A DNA stretch of 46,535 bases, the filler included, from Streblomastix strix (taxonomy: Eukaryota): assembly GCA_008636045.1 (NCBI GenBank). It is 2 parts of 2 records of this genome, joined end to end, with 100 filler letters (N's around TTAATTAATTAA, not from the genome) between each part and the next. Parts side by side here need not be neighbours in the genome. Positions count along the whole stretch, not along the records: positions 1 to 23,224 come from SNRW01000295.1; 1 more part is not named here. One strand, given 5' to 3'. Position 1 is the stretch's first letter; each line of letters opens with the position of its first letter. The notes under the pieces are model-generated. The model did no database searches and was not told where the DNA came from. It saw only the letters and a list, made by a program, of their open reading frames with translations. Below are positions 1-13,289 of this stretch, piece after piece. The position numbers and the translations under genes were made by a program.

Positions 1-701
1 TCAATCTAATTTTTATTTTAATCTGAAGGATTTAAAGGATTTGCTATTTATGAAATAGATGATTAATTTACATTTGTTGTTTACTGTTCATTGTTATTTG
101 AAATCTAATTAGTACTATTTGTATTCAAATCTATGTTATTTTATATCTACTGTTTTATTTCATTAATTTTACTAAATATATTAATTGGCTTACGAGCTTG
201 CATCTGTTAAAATCCATTTGAAGGAGCTTAACCATCTGCAAATGATTATGTCGATCTAAAAGGATTCTGAACCTTCATTGAGGATTATGGGTTTAATTAT
301 TATTGAGTATTTGCTCTATTATTCTATGAAATGGTTTTAGGCGATGAATCTCCTTATTATTTTATCTCATGAATGTTTAATTTTGATGTTATTTAATTAG
401 GAAGTGTATTAACCCCAGTGTGAAGTGCACTTCTCTATTTAATCTATTGAGTCTGTGAAAGATTGTTATTCTACTGAGGAAATATAAATGTTTGTGTTCT
501 TCCTAATAAAGGCGTGGATGTTTTCTATAATAATGGAGATAATGTCTAATTTGGTAATTATTATTATTATTCATTATCTATTTATAATGGGTTAATATGT
601 GGCGGTTTTGCAGATGCCTATCTTTCTGGGCTCAAAATCTTCTCATTCAGTAATTAATATTATTATTATTATTATTGTTGTTATTGTTATTATTATTGTT
701 G

Positions 702-778
<77 letters not shown>

Positions 779-3192
779 TTTATTATTTTTATTATTATTC
801 CATTAATTACTTTTCTAATAATTACTGCTAATTGATCAGCTTCTGTAATTCTAAGTTTGGCTGGATAACACCTGTTTTAGCTGATAAAGATCGTCCTTTG
901 AGTGAAATTGATGATAAAGCAAAAGATTTGGAGCTCAGAAATGGAGGAGGAGTTCGAATTGGACCTGATTTCGAGATTGGAGGTTATTGTTGGCGTTGTT
1001 ATTAGGATAGTAAAGATGCTTCTTATAATAATTACAGCGGATTAGTTTACATATTTTATAGACGTGCACTGTTAATACCAGTTTTATCAGGAGGATTACT
1101 ATATGTTGGTTTATGAAGGATAAATGGATTTTTTATATTCTATAATTATTACTATTATTATGAATGTAATGGCAAGCTTTAGTTGAGTTATCGTTCTTGT
1201 GGAACTTAAGCCTTAGAAAATGATTATTATTATCTGAATGGAGAAGAAAAAATTTATTGCATGGGCTAATTGATCATTTTTCCTTATTAATTCTACAACA
1301 TATTCAATTATTATTACTGATTAAATTAACTCATTTACTGCTATTAATTAAAGCTGAAAGTGTTCCCACGAATTTACCCTATCATTTTAGCATTCATAAT
1401 CTAGTTCATTCCATTATTGCTCCCAATTAGTGAGTTTTGACCCAAATACTGATTGTATATATCACGGTTGGCAATCTTGGGTAGTATCTGGAGTAAGAAT
1501 GTTGAAGATTGCTCAAACTCGGGTATTTAGAATGTGGACTGTGATTTGAGTATATTCTGGAGTTGCTGTTACGAGAGAGTGATTTGTTAGGATTGTAGTT
1601 ATGCTGCATTCTAATCTTTATTTGAAGATGACTTCTATTGTTATTATTATTATTATTATTATTATTTCACTTTCTCAATCTCGTTCATGGCATTCTATAT
1701 AGCCAACTATTTCTATCTGTATTACTCCTTATTATATCTCGACACAACAAGTTTCATTTGTTCACTGATTTCTGCCTCCCAATCAAATGGATTAGACAAT
1801 TATATGTTGTGCTTCTTAGCTATTCGTTGGATATACTTCAATATGGGTGTGTAATCATACTGCTATTTTAGTCTATTCTAGTGTGGTTTTGTTTATTGTT
1901 AAGTATTTGATGCTAGTGAACTAAATGATAAGGTCAAGTTTGATGATAAATCGCTTATCTATTGTAGAGTATTAATAGTTACTGATGATTAATTGATATT
2001 ATTCTGTAATGTTTATGTTCCTTATTTGTTAATTTCAACTGATTATGCACTATATTATGAACCTGACTTCTGCATATTATCTTGTTAATGAATATGCGGT
2101 GATGATTAATTATTGCTATTCATCTAATTATCATTCTCAATACTTTTACTATAATCAATACTGCCATTCTACTCTTTGAATATTTGTATGATCTTTCGGT
2201 ATATATCCAGGAATTCCATTGGAAGTTCTGAGTAATTTCGATGTGTTGGTTATTTATGGGGGGAACGTGGACTCAATTGGGGTTTCTGTGAATGTATATA
2301 TGATATAGGATATAATATGAATATAATTATATTCAAATAAAGTATATATTCTTCTTTATAACTATATTCACACATTAAATACTGGATTCTCACAATTTTC
2401 AGCCATAACATACACAAGTTGGATCAAATCGTCTTCTGGCTTATATCTCACATTTGAATTTAAATTGTTTTGCATCGATATTTATGGATCTATTTTAGGA
2501 GATTTAGGAGAGTTATTTTATTAGTTGTCTTAATCAACTAAGGAATTAATCTTCTTCATTTGTTTGAAATCTACTAAATATACAATTCCTGCAGTCTTGG
2601 CATTGCTTCCAATTGAAAAGCAGTCCTAAATTCAATAATTAAATATAACAATAGATGAAACTAAATATAAATAAAATATAATAATACTGCTGTAACTGCA
2701 CTATGCATAAGTCCTGTTCGGTGAAGTGATTAAAATGCTTCAAATGCCTGATAGCCAAATTTCAGTATGTGAAAAAGATCTAGTTTCCCTGATGCGCGTC
2801 TTCGAGCAAGATCACTGGTAACATAAGAATGAAAAATCAATAGTGAAACAAATACAAGTAAAATAAAATTGTAAAAATTAAAAATTCAAACATTATGCAT
2901 ACCTCAAACAAGGCCCAAGTAATTCGGTTGCTAAGTAGTTGTATTCCTTCCATACTCCACAGGAAAAATATTTAGCAAAGTGTTAATTTCCACTCATTGT
3001 TATAAGGACTTCGGCTTCCTTAGTGAAACGCTCATTATCGTTGACATCTTTCTCTATTTAGACTGACACTAACTTTTCGCCAGACTATGCTCCAGTTCCA
3101 TCCTTTATAGAGGCTGCAAATATAGCTGAACTTTTCGCTGCAGCTAGAATTCGCTCACATAAGTACTTTCCGTCTATTATTTCTCCTATCAT
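1..3192 (-). CDS. CK1/TTBK-family kinase-like protein (pseudokinase) with long Q/N-rich tail; intron-containing; runs off the left edge; an upstream exon is possible
   Basis: Code-6 translation gives MIGEIIDGKYLCERIL...KLVSVQIEK...EAEVL...YLATELLGPCLSDL...LHRTGLMHSAVTADCFSIG...VYLVDFK, with GT-AG introns at about 2901-2818 and 2687-2626. ELLGP-L-DL is typical of CK1/TTBK. Confidence 0.75.
657..799. repeat. (TAT)n/(ATA)n microsatellite, probably poly-Asn inside the minus-strand gene
   Basis: Long imperfect trinucleotide run read directly from the sequence. Confidence 0.95.
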
Positions 3193-4396
3193 GAAGAGCA
3201 GCTGCGATAGTTTTGTAAAATATAAAAAAAAATCAGAAATTATTCTAATTTTGTAGTAACGACAAAATAGAAAATTAATTATTATAATATGAATATTTTC
3301 AATGGATTGTTAAACAAAAAATTATAATAAAACTTGGTTTATATTGGAAATTAATCAAAATTGATTTTCTCGCTCATAAGATATGGATTTGATTAGGGCT
3401 GGCAAAAAATCTCGGCCATGCCCGGAAAAGCCGGGTTTTGAATTTTATTGACCCGGTTTACCCCGGCTATCTAATAAAATTTTATAAGAAAAAAAAATTT
3501 TTGAAAAAAATTTTTTTAATTGAATGTTTTAACTAATAAAATTATTATATTTTTTATTTTTATTTTATATATGTTTGAATTCTTATATATAATTTATAAA
3601 ATTACCTCTCAGTTTGGAATTAGCATTTTTTATTTTTTGCCAAATTGCGTTGAATACGACCACCAAATGTTAACATTTTCTGTTTAAATATATTTACTAA
3701 CATGATTTATATACATTTTCTCAGAAAATAAGTATTTTTTCATTATATACAAGGTTAAAAAGCAAGGATATTTTTATGAAAGAAAAATAATGACTACGTT
3801 GAATAATAAAATGAAATCAGACAACCATTTCTAAAGAATTGAATTTTGTAATTTATTAATTCAAATAATAATAATAAAATTGTAACATATATATAATGCT
3901 AAAATTAGTATTAAAATAAAATCTTGTCGTAGCTCTAATCTAATCATAAATTCTTTCTTTAAGTTAGCAAATATAACTTATAACAATAAATGGAGTGAGA
4001 ATAAACAGAAACAAATTAGATTAAACTATTCACACTCCATAAAATAGGAGAAATAAAATAAAATTAATTCCTGGTAGCTCGCAATTTTCAAGAATTATGC
4101 CACCATAAATATATCATACATATATTGTTACATCATACAAATATAAAATATAGAGCTAGAAACAGCAGCGTATGACCGGCCCGGAAAAACCTACAGATAT
4201 CCGTTTTAGGACCGGACACCGTTTTAGGGCCGGACACCCATACTGTCTTGAAATTGCGGAGGTTTTATGTAGTTCTCCAAACCTAGAAGATTTTAAGTAT
4301 TTATTTTTATAGAACAATTATATTAATAAGTAACTAACATAAATAAATTTAAAATGAATGTGAAATGTAAATCATTAAATGGATAATTAATTTTTT

Positions 4397-5615
4397 TCAA
4401 TTTTGATGCAACTCTCCAAGAAATAGTTCAGCCATTCTAGCATTAAACTCAGCTTCATCGATTCTTGCTACATATCTGCCATCAATTAATTCAGACGTGA
4501 TTGCTGCTCTTTTGAATGCTGAGCGATTCTGTGAAGGTGTTGTTGCTGCTTCCATTGCTGCCACGAGGCGTGAGATAGTTTGTGCCTAAGTTCTTACATC
4601 TGAATTTGCATTAGCCTTTCATAATTCCTATTTTAGTAAAGCAAATGTAAGCAAATCCTCTACCTAAAATGCGTGGCTACTATGTGGAGGAATAAATACA
4701 GATCTTATGCGAGCGTCTGCAAATATTTGCAAGGTTTATTCTTTTTTATTTGCTTTATGATTATCCATTAACAAAACAGCTTCTTCATTTTCTCCCAGCA
4801 TTGTCGGCCGTAAGGAATCAACGTACGGAATTAGAACGTCAATAATCCAAGCCCTGAAGATGGCAGAATTTACGTATCCCTTCGGTCGTGTACTATTACA
4901 ATATAGACATTAAACCTATGACCTGTAGAATGTAAATCAGCATCTAGTATGACTCGTTTTGTAACAACAAGCGGTGGCAACGTATCGCAGCATAAAGTTA
5001 TACCAGGCATAACGGTGTGAAGGTTACCATTTCTTTTGACCTTATAATGCAATTACTGGTTTGTTGATCCTGCAGTTACCAGCATAAGCTTTGGTTTTGC
5101 ATCTGGCCAATCTTGTGAATCGGATTTTTCAATAGCAGTAATTGCACACGTTTGTTTGCCTGCTACATAATTGACGAGATCGGAATGATATTTATCGCAG
5201 TCCAATCGATTTACTTCCATCTTTCCATTTTCTCGAGGGTTGCATCATCTTTCAACAACTTCATCATAGTGACGGCAGAGAAAACTCTCAACGAATGCTC
5301 TTCCAACTTACGCATGAAATTCATCCATAATATATGTAATGAATGCGGAATATATATACGATTTGCCCATTTCAAATTATTCAATTAGTTTCGCAGTCAT
5401 TATACCTTCATCATAATCGGTAAAACGCTTTCGATTGTGTTCTTCTCATTTGACTTTCCCTTTTAGACCCGTGAGCTCATACAATCGAGATTTTTTTAGC
5501 ATAAAGAGCTCCTCATGCATACGATACGAAAATGTTACTTCGAGCAATCACTATTATACAATGACAGTTTTCCAATACCTTAACTTTTCGTGATGTTTTG
5601 AGGTCAAAACTCCAT
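4397..5615 (-). pseudogene. pogo-like DDE_1 transposase, degenerate (frameshifts and stops)
   Basis: ITAIEKSDSQDWPDA (degenerate NxDESG), HTVMPGITLCCDTLPPLVV, EAVLLMDNHKA and FIPPHSSHAFQVEDLLTFA; the N-terminal region resembles a CENP-B/Tc5 HTH. Confidence 0.85.
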
Positions 5616-5630
5616 GATTCAAGCCAAAAT

Positions 5631-5843
5631 GGTCGTTCTGGATAATTAACCTTATTTATCAACGATTCTAGCATATTTTTATCATAATTTATACACTTTG
5701 TTCAGAATACTGGGAATCTAAACAATTATTTGAAAATGGAAAATTGTGGAAAATCAACGCTTAATATCAATGATTCTAACACATTTTTATCATTATTTAC
5801 ACGCATTGATTATATAAATTACTAAGAAACAAATGCCAAAAGC
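5631..5843 (+). repeat. Left terminal inverted repeat of the pPolB element
   Basis: Reverse complement of 13277-13491 with few mismatches. Confidence 0.92.
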
Positions 5844-5867
5844 GCATCAATTCCAAAAAAAATGAAA

Positions 5868-6546
5868 TCAATCAGAACGTTGAAAATATGGTTATTAATT
5901 AGCTTTTCGATAATTAACTCCAAACATGTGTTGCATAATTTCTTCAGATGATTTAGAGGGAAGTGCATTTTATTTTCGTAATTACTCTATAAATTTATCA
6001 TGATCGGACATCTTAGGTTCATTCGTTTGAATAATTTTATTATATATCATTGCATCAACCAAAGCGTAGATATTTCGAATGTAATCTCCAAGCAACTCAT
6101 GATCAATAAAAGCTATTACATTATTCAAATCTTTTTATTCTTCATTTGGCACATTCAATAAATAATCGTCACGAAGTTGTTAACATTTTTTATGATCAAT
6201 ACATGATTCAATTCCAAAAAATCCACATAGCACATCACAAGTTGCTTCTAACATTTAGCCCAACTCACTTTCGAATAAAGCTCCATTAACATCTTTAGAG
6301 TCAACTCCTGATGTTGGTTAATTATTTTTGTTATCTTATTATGAATAATGATTAATCAAGAATTTATTTACAGATGATTTAAAAGAATTTTTATCATTTT
6401 ATTCACTTTATTCACTTTAATCTCTTTATTCACTTAATTATTCAATTATTTTTTCCATAATTAATTTGCATCACCAACATCCTGAATTATCGGATAAATT
6501 TATTTTGAGAATGATGTCTAATTTGCTGGATCTATTAATGTTTCAT
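5868..6546 (-). CDS. Hypothetical protein of the pPolB element (5' part probably frameshifted)
   Basis: Open code-6 frame ...PTSGVDSKDVNGALFESELGQMLEATCDVLCGFFGIESC...QHMFGVNYRKANQQPYFQRSD-TGA; no motif recognised. Confidence 0.5.
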
Positions 6547-6862
6547 TTTAATTTATATTTAAGTATATTTCTAGCGATTTTTAGGTAATACGTCTAAATA
6601 TAATCTATCACGTCGACGTACAATACGATGAATTAATATATGTATATATTTATTAATGTTGAATGATTTAATTTAATCGAGTGCAGGGTTGTCTAACATG
6701 AACTGTCTAATCTCTTCAGGTGATGTTAATTTTGATAAATTCTATAATATTTCTAATAGGTATTGAATTATTTGTGACATATTTCGAAGCTATAAAAATT
6801 CTAATATTAATTATCATAATCAACTTTTAATCGTCTTTCTTAACTTTTTATCAGGTTCAAAA

Positions 6863-9800
6863 ATGGCTAGAAAATATTTTCTAATTTCTGAAGTTCGTGA
6901 TATGCTCAATCAACTTGATGTTCAATATGATCCTAAATCAACCAAACCAATAATTGAATAACTATTACTACAAACAATCAAAGCATAAGGTTACAATGGA
7001 ACAAAGAGTAGCATTACTAAGATAAGTGAGTTTGTTCGCAATACTGTTGCAACTAAAAATTAATAAAATTACGAACAGAATAGCATCAAAAATTCCGCCG
7101 ATGGTAATGATACAACTAGCAACGAAGTTGCCGCCGAAGGTAACGATGAGACTAATGAATATGATGATGAATAAGAGTTAGTATAATTATAATAATTAAG
7201 AATCAAAGCAAAATAAGAATTGAAACTGGCCACAGAAAAATTGGATGAAATTAATAAGTAGATTGAACTTAGATAGTAAGTGACAAGACTATAGCAATGG
7301 AATAATCAATTAGCTATTGATAGCCACTAACTCAATGAGATTATGGCTATCAATCTCGTCAAGAAATCTATGAGAAATCGTTAACAAATCAATGAAGCAA
7401 AGAGATAACTATAAGAGTTAAAGGATAAATAAGTGTAAAAAATTAATGAAATATAATAATAGAGAATCAATGATATGAATATAATCAATAAGGACTATGT
7501 AACTAATATAAGAGCCTAGTTAGTTCACAATTTAGACTTGATAAAACCAACTTAAGCAGCTAGGAAAATCCAATGATAATATTAACGATATAAACAACGA
7601 AAAATAATAAACCACTTCATTAAAGATCTCAGTAATACATTCTAGCAAGTGAAACGAATTAGAGATGAAAGATTATCAGATATTAACAATAATAAACTAA
7701 CCGAAGAAGAATACACAATTAGATAAGCAAAATTAACTGAATCACTACTCGGATTCTATAAAAATAAATAATTAAAAGAACCTGATCTCAAATTCTCTAA
7801 CGAATATAACGCTAATATTGATGATTAGCGCAAGGCATTTAGGTTTTTTTAGTCTGATGATTTGAAACTATTTAATGAGATCCTAATTGAAACAAGAAAT
7901 AGATATAGAGAATAGAATGAGGTTGATCTTACTGGGTTATCTGATGGATCAGCATAAAGGAATAACATATAAAATAGAGAACCATATCATTCATATTACT
8001 TTAATAAATTTACTCACATTAAATAATTCGATGATAAACTAGCATAAGCACATGAATTACATAAACATAGAAAACATAAGATAGCTGTGGATTTCGGAAG
8101 CATCTGGTAAACTATTGAATCGACTCATACCAAGAAGGGAATCAGAAACGACTATAGCTACCATTACTATAAACCATCATTAGAAAATTCATATAAAAAT
8201 TACCCAATAATTATACGAGATAATGCTTCACTTAAACAATTCAAAGATAGAGTTCATGATATGATTTACGAAGATTAGTCACCTCTTCACTAAGAATCAA
8301 ACACTAGAAAAGTTGCACTTTATTCTTTTGTTATTATAGTTTATAAATTACCACTTGGAACAAAATTATGACCTGAAGTATAATTGTTTAATGAGCATGA
8401 TTACACTAGATCAAATGATTGCGATTATAATATTTGTTGGTTCATCGCTGCTTCATTTCAATTATATCCTGAAATAAATTAAACAAAAACCAGTATCGCT
8501 AATGCAATTGAACTATTCCTATAGTTTAACGATCAATTTCATAAAGATGAAGGAAAATTAAACAAATAATAAAAATAATTGTTGAAAGAGTGTGATGGAT
8601 TCAATTAAGATACGGATCTAGAAAAATTCCTGTAATGCTTCAAGCTAAACGTAATGACTTATGAATATGATCACTCTGAAAAATAATTCAATAAAACTAA
8701 CGAATATATTGTTAACTAGGAGTGTGTAACTACTCATATTTTACTAGCTCAATTATCTATTCAAGGTGATGAAAATCCATAATTTCATGCGATATTAATT
8801 AAAAATATTGATCGAGTAGTTGGTGGATACTTATGTAAGAAATGCAATCAAAAATTATTCGATAGGTCTAGTGATAATTTCAGTACAGAATTGAAGAAAC
8901 ATATAGAATCATGTAAGGGACCTGATCAAATGAAGCATCCAAAACTGGATAAATTATCATAGCCATTTATATCATATCTCAAATCTAATAAAACTATTCA
9001 AAATTTATTCGCGATAATTAAAACAAAGCAATTCCCAAAGGATAATGAACATGGAGTAAACGGTATACTACAAACTACAAAAAATTATATGTGTATTGAT
9101 GCAGAAACTGTTGAAGATTAAGCTTAAGATGCTGAGTCAATTTACGCATAACTCAAACCATTATCTATAGTTATTAGCACATAAATTAACAACAAAATTT
9201 AATCAAAATACATCGATATTCGAACATAAAATTTCATGAACAAATTCATAGAGTAAATGTATGAGCTAGCGAACTAGGTTAATGAAACAAATTTAGCATG
9301 TAAACGGCTTGTCAAATTCGATAACGAGAATGAATAATAAAAACATTAATAAAAGATTCATCAAGTAGCAATCTTCGGATTCAACTCAAAGAAGTTTGAT
9401 TTTAACCTCATATTTCCATATCTAGATTAATATCCTAAAATCATATTCAAAAATAACTCATATCTCGGGTCAACTACTCAACAGAAGTAAGTGACAATTA
9501 GACATATAGATTATCCTTTCGAGCTAGTGTTCAAGGATGTTCTTACATTTATCCCTCCGACTACTCCAGATAATTTTGTTCATAAGTATGGTAATGGAAC
9601 TAAACTAACTAAGGGTAAATTTCCACATGGATCTTTCAACGTACTTAATTACAATCAGTTCTTATCATCAACCGAACCATTTGAACATAAAGATTTTTAT
9701 AATTAAATTAGTCGGAAAAAAGTTAGCGATAAAGATTATTAAGAATACGTTGATGATTTCAACAGTTTCGATGAAAATAGGAACAGAAAATTTAAAGATA

Positions 9801-11937
9801 AATGGTCCTATCTGAAGTACTATAATATTCATTATGTAGAGTGCATGTTTGCTCCAATCAATAATTTAATAGAATTATATTGGTAGTAAGATATTTATAT
9901 GTTATCTTAAATATCCTTATCTCATATTGCTAACTCAATTAAGTAAAATTATGTTTGGAAAGATTTCGACATTAATGCTGATTACAACATAGAAAACGAC
10001 CGTAAAGAATATGAATTTTATTCAGAAAAAATGGTGTTAGAAAGTAGAATCATATATACAACAGGATAACAAAGCAGGAAGAGATACAACAAATAACGTA
10101 ACTGCTGATGATATAGATTGGGCTAATGAATTGAATCCAAATAAATGCTGCTACTGCTAAGCTAAGTTCACTAATGTAAACATGCCAACTCATGAACGAA
10201 TAGACAACAACATTGCTCACACAAAATATAACTGTAAACTGGCTTACTAACTATGTAATTCTTCACGATCAAACAAAGATGCTGATGTGGCGAAATTAAT
10301 GATATAGATGTACAAGTACGCTATTGCTAAGAATCTACCTATGACAATTGATGATGAAGAAGTATATTGGTTTTTACGCAATTCTATCCATGGTGGATTA
10401 TCATAAGTATTCCATCAATATAACTTCAAAGTACTAACCCACATAAATAAACTAAGGTATAATCCTGAAGACAAAAACTTAACCGCTTACGATTAAGATT
10501 ACATCATTACGCATATTCTAGATCTTGATTTCAACTCATTATATCCATGCGCTTTCTGTGGAATTTATAATAAAAATAATCCGTATAATGGATATAAAAT
10601 GTATATGCCCGGGAGAGTTACTATGCACATTAAAATACGTGAAGCTAACGACTAAGTTTATCGAGAAACTAAACGAAAAGAAATGATGAATATCATTAAC
10701 TCAGAAGATCGATTTTCTGAAGAAAAAGGTTAGTTATTCATAGCATCAGTTAAGGGTCATATCGATAAGAATCACATTAATGAACACTTTAACTTTCCAC
10801 CTATCTGGAGGAAGCGAACTTATAAAACTGATAAGAAAACAGTTGGTAAATTCACTTATGAAAAAATGTAAAAATAAGGAATGTCTGCTAATAAATTAGA
10901 AACAAAATTAACTTCATTGCTATCAAATCATGATGAATTCATGTCATTTAGCTCATACTACCTTTGGCTATTGATTGATTATTGTCATTTCATTATCGAT
11001 GATGTTGAAGAGATAGTATTATTCACCAAACATACCGCGTTCAAATCATTCGTAGAAGTGATGACTGAGAAACGTTAACAAGCAATGCGAGAAGGTAATT
11101 AAGCTAAATAACTTTATTTCAAAAATATAATGAATAGTTCAAATGGTGCTGATGGATAAAATAATGAGAAATTTGATAAGATTGGTATATTCAATAAATA
11201 ATAAACATATCTAAAATAATTGAATAAAAGCTTCACTAACACTCGAAAGATTTGCGAAGACCGATATATTGTATCAATTAACCCTGATTCATTCTCTGCT
11301 CACAAGTGCTTATAAGAAAGTATCTTCACTTAAGACAATTCTAAGTTCTGGTTTTTATGCTTCATTTACTTCTTCTTATGCAAGTGTATTGATACGGATA
11401 GAGTTCAATTCTGCTGCATGAATACTGACTCCATGTACTAAGCAATTAGTGGTTCAACTATCGAGGGGTATAAACAGTAATTCAAATATGAAATTAAGGA
11501 TCAAGAATTCTGGGAAAATCATTACAAAGAGTGGTTACCATGGGAAGGATGTTCGATTGCTGAAGAAACGAAACTACTAGGTTGTGCTATTGAATTATGG
11601 AGAGAAAGCATCATCTGTTTAGCTCCAAAATGTTATTCTGCAATTGATGGGGAGGTTGATGATGTAATAAGAATGAAGGATGTTAATGAAAAGAATAGTG
11701 GTTTAAGAAGAGATGATTACATTAATTGTATTGAGAATAATTCAAATGTATCAGTTCCAGTTACTTAAATTTAATTGAAAAAATCGAGTGATGTCAATGG
11801 TAAAAATAACTAAGTCTGCATTAACAGGAGTAGTTGATAAAATGATAGTAATTGATGGCGATATTTCCAAAGGTTAATCATATCCATGTGCACCTCAAAT
11901 TTTTGGAGTTGATGCTTCTAGTTATCTTTATATTTGA
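6863..11937 (+). pseudogene. polB: Protein-primed family B DNA polymerase (Polinton-type pPolB) with long N-terminal region; disrupted by in-frame TGAs and a frameshift near 10030
   Basis: ExoI CIDAET (about 9090), ExoII GFNSKKFDF, FKDVL, KGKFPH, SIHGG, motif A DFNSLYP (10527-10547), motif B KNIMNSSNG, motif C NTDS (11421), LAPKCY; CxxC...HxxxC zinc finger at about 8835-8915. Confidence 0.93.
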
Positions 11938-11952
11938 TCATTTATTTATTTT

Positions 11953-13289
11953 TCAAAAGTAATATCGAACTCTTATAAATAAACATTACGTAATGAACCA
12001 ATGTTTTCGCTAACTTTTTTACAATAGTATATCGGTAATTCTACAATAAACAATTATTAGTATTATGATATGAATTATCTTAATAATTTACATACCACGT
12101 TACCGTTTCTATATTCTATGAATTCTGCTAGCTCATTAAATTATCTTCTTCTTTTCACGTAAGAGAAAGCGGTCTTTGATAAATCAAGATGAATCATCAA
12201 TATGTTACCTTGTTTAAAATCTAATAGTCCTTCCGTTTTTTATTTTTGTTTAATAACATTTGACTCTTATTCCTTAATTCTAATGAATGCACCTTCAATA
12301 TCTGAGTTATACTATATTTCCTCAGGTGAAAATTTATTATCATACGATAGATGTGGTGTCTTGTTATTGATATAGACTAACTGTTACAATTTTTCAGGAT
12401 CAGCAAAATCATTATTGCTTGTACCAAATCCATTACGAATAGTCTTAACTACTGAGTCAACTATTCCATTGTGTTATGTGAACGGTGATCCTGTGAAAAA
12501 GCACTAAATTCCTTACTCTTCTAAGAACTATTGTACATCCTTTCCTTTGAATGATCTTTCATCATCTCCTCTGATATTAGTTACATACTATTAATTTATA
12601 AGTTTCTTCAGTGCAGTAATCAATTGAGATGCTGATTTATTGATTATTGGAAATACTATCAAATATTTAGTATTAACATTAATTGCAAATAAATAATTAA
12701 CTTCTCTATTTTTGCTATTTCGTTCAAACACAAGATCAATCTCCCAAGAACCAAATTAGTTACTAAAATATGGTCTATAAAATTACTTCAGTGGTTTTAT
12801 CTAATAATCTTAGACTCTTTATTAAATTTTCTATGTTTCGACATTATTGATTTTAGCATAAACTTTCACTTTAGTTCTCCAAGGAAATTTAATAATCTTA
12901 AATGTTTCATTTTCCTAATCACTTACTTACTCTTATTATTCATCCTCATCTTTTAATTTTATCAGTTTAGGACGACCACTTTTCCCACGTTTTCGTACAT
13001 TATATTTCATTGCTTCTTATACGTAAATTTCATACTACAATGCAGTAGATTTTTCTCCAATAATTACTTTCTCCGCGTTATTCAATAACACTTAATATTC
13101 TCGTTTGTTCTTAAATATTTTGAGTTGTGTTATGAAATTTGACAGATTCAACAATTCCTTTGCTCTAGCTAGACGTGTGATTTATTGCTATATATTTAGT
13201 GTGTCATTACCAGACTAATCTGTATCCGCAAAATAATATTTCTTAATAATATTGAATAAAATTTATTGCTCGGTCAGCGCTTTTACCAT
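11953..13289 (-). CDS. Retroviral-type (RVE) integrase of the pPolB element
   Basis: RPYFSNQFGSWEIDL, YLFAINVNTKY, IRGDDERSF, FFTGSPFTQHNGIVDSVVKTI, NKTPH; an N-terminal GRPK AT-hook-like motif. Confidence 0.88.

Noticed and set aside
599..835. Poly-Ile ORF from the supplied track, and most other short track ORFs
   Set aside because: Artefacts of the standard code, mostly antisense or off-frame to real code-6 genes and microsatellites
3486..3520. A/T palindromic tract
   Set aside because: Low-complexity homopolymers expected in such AT-rich DNA
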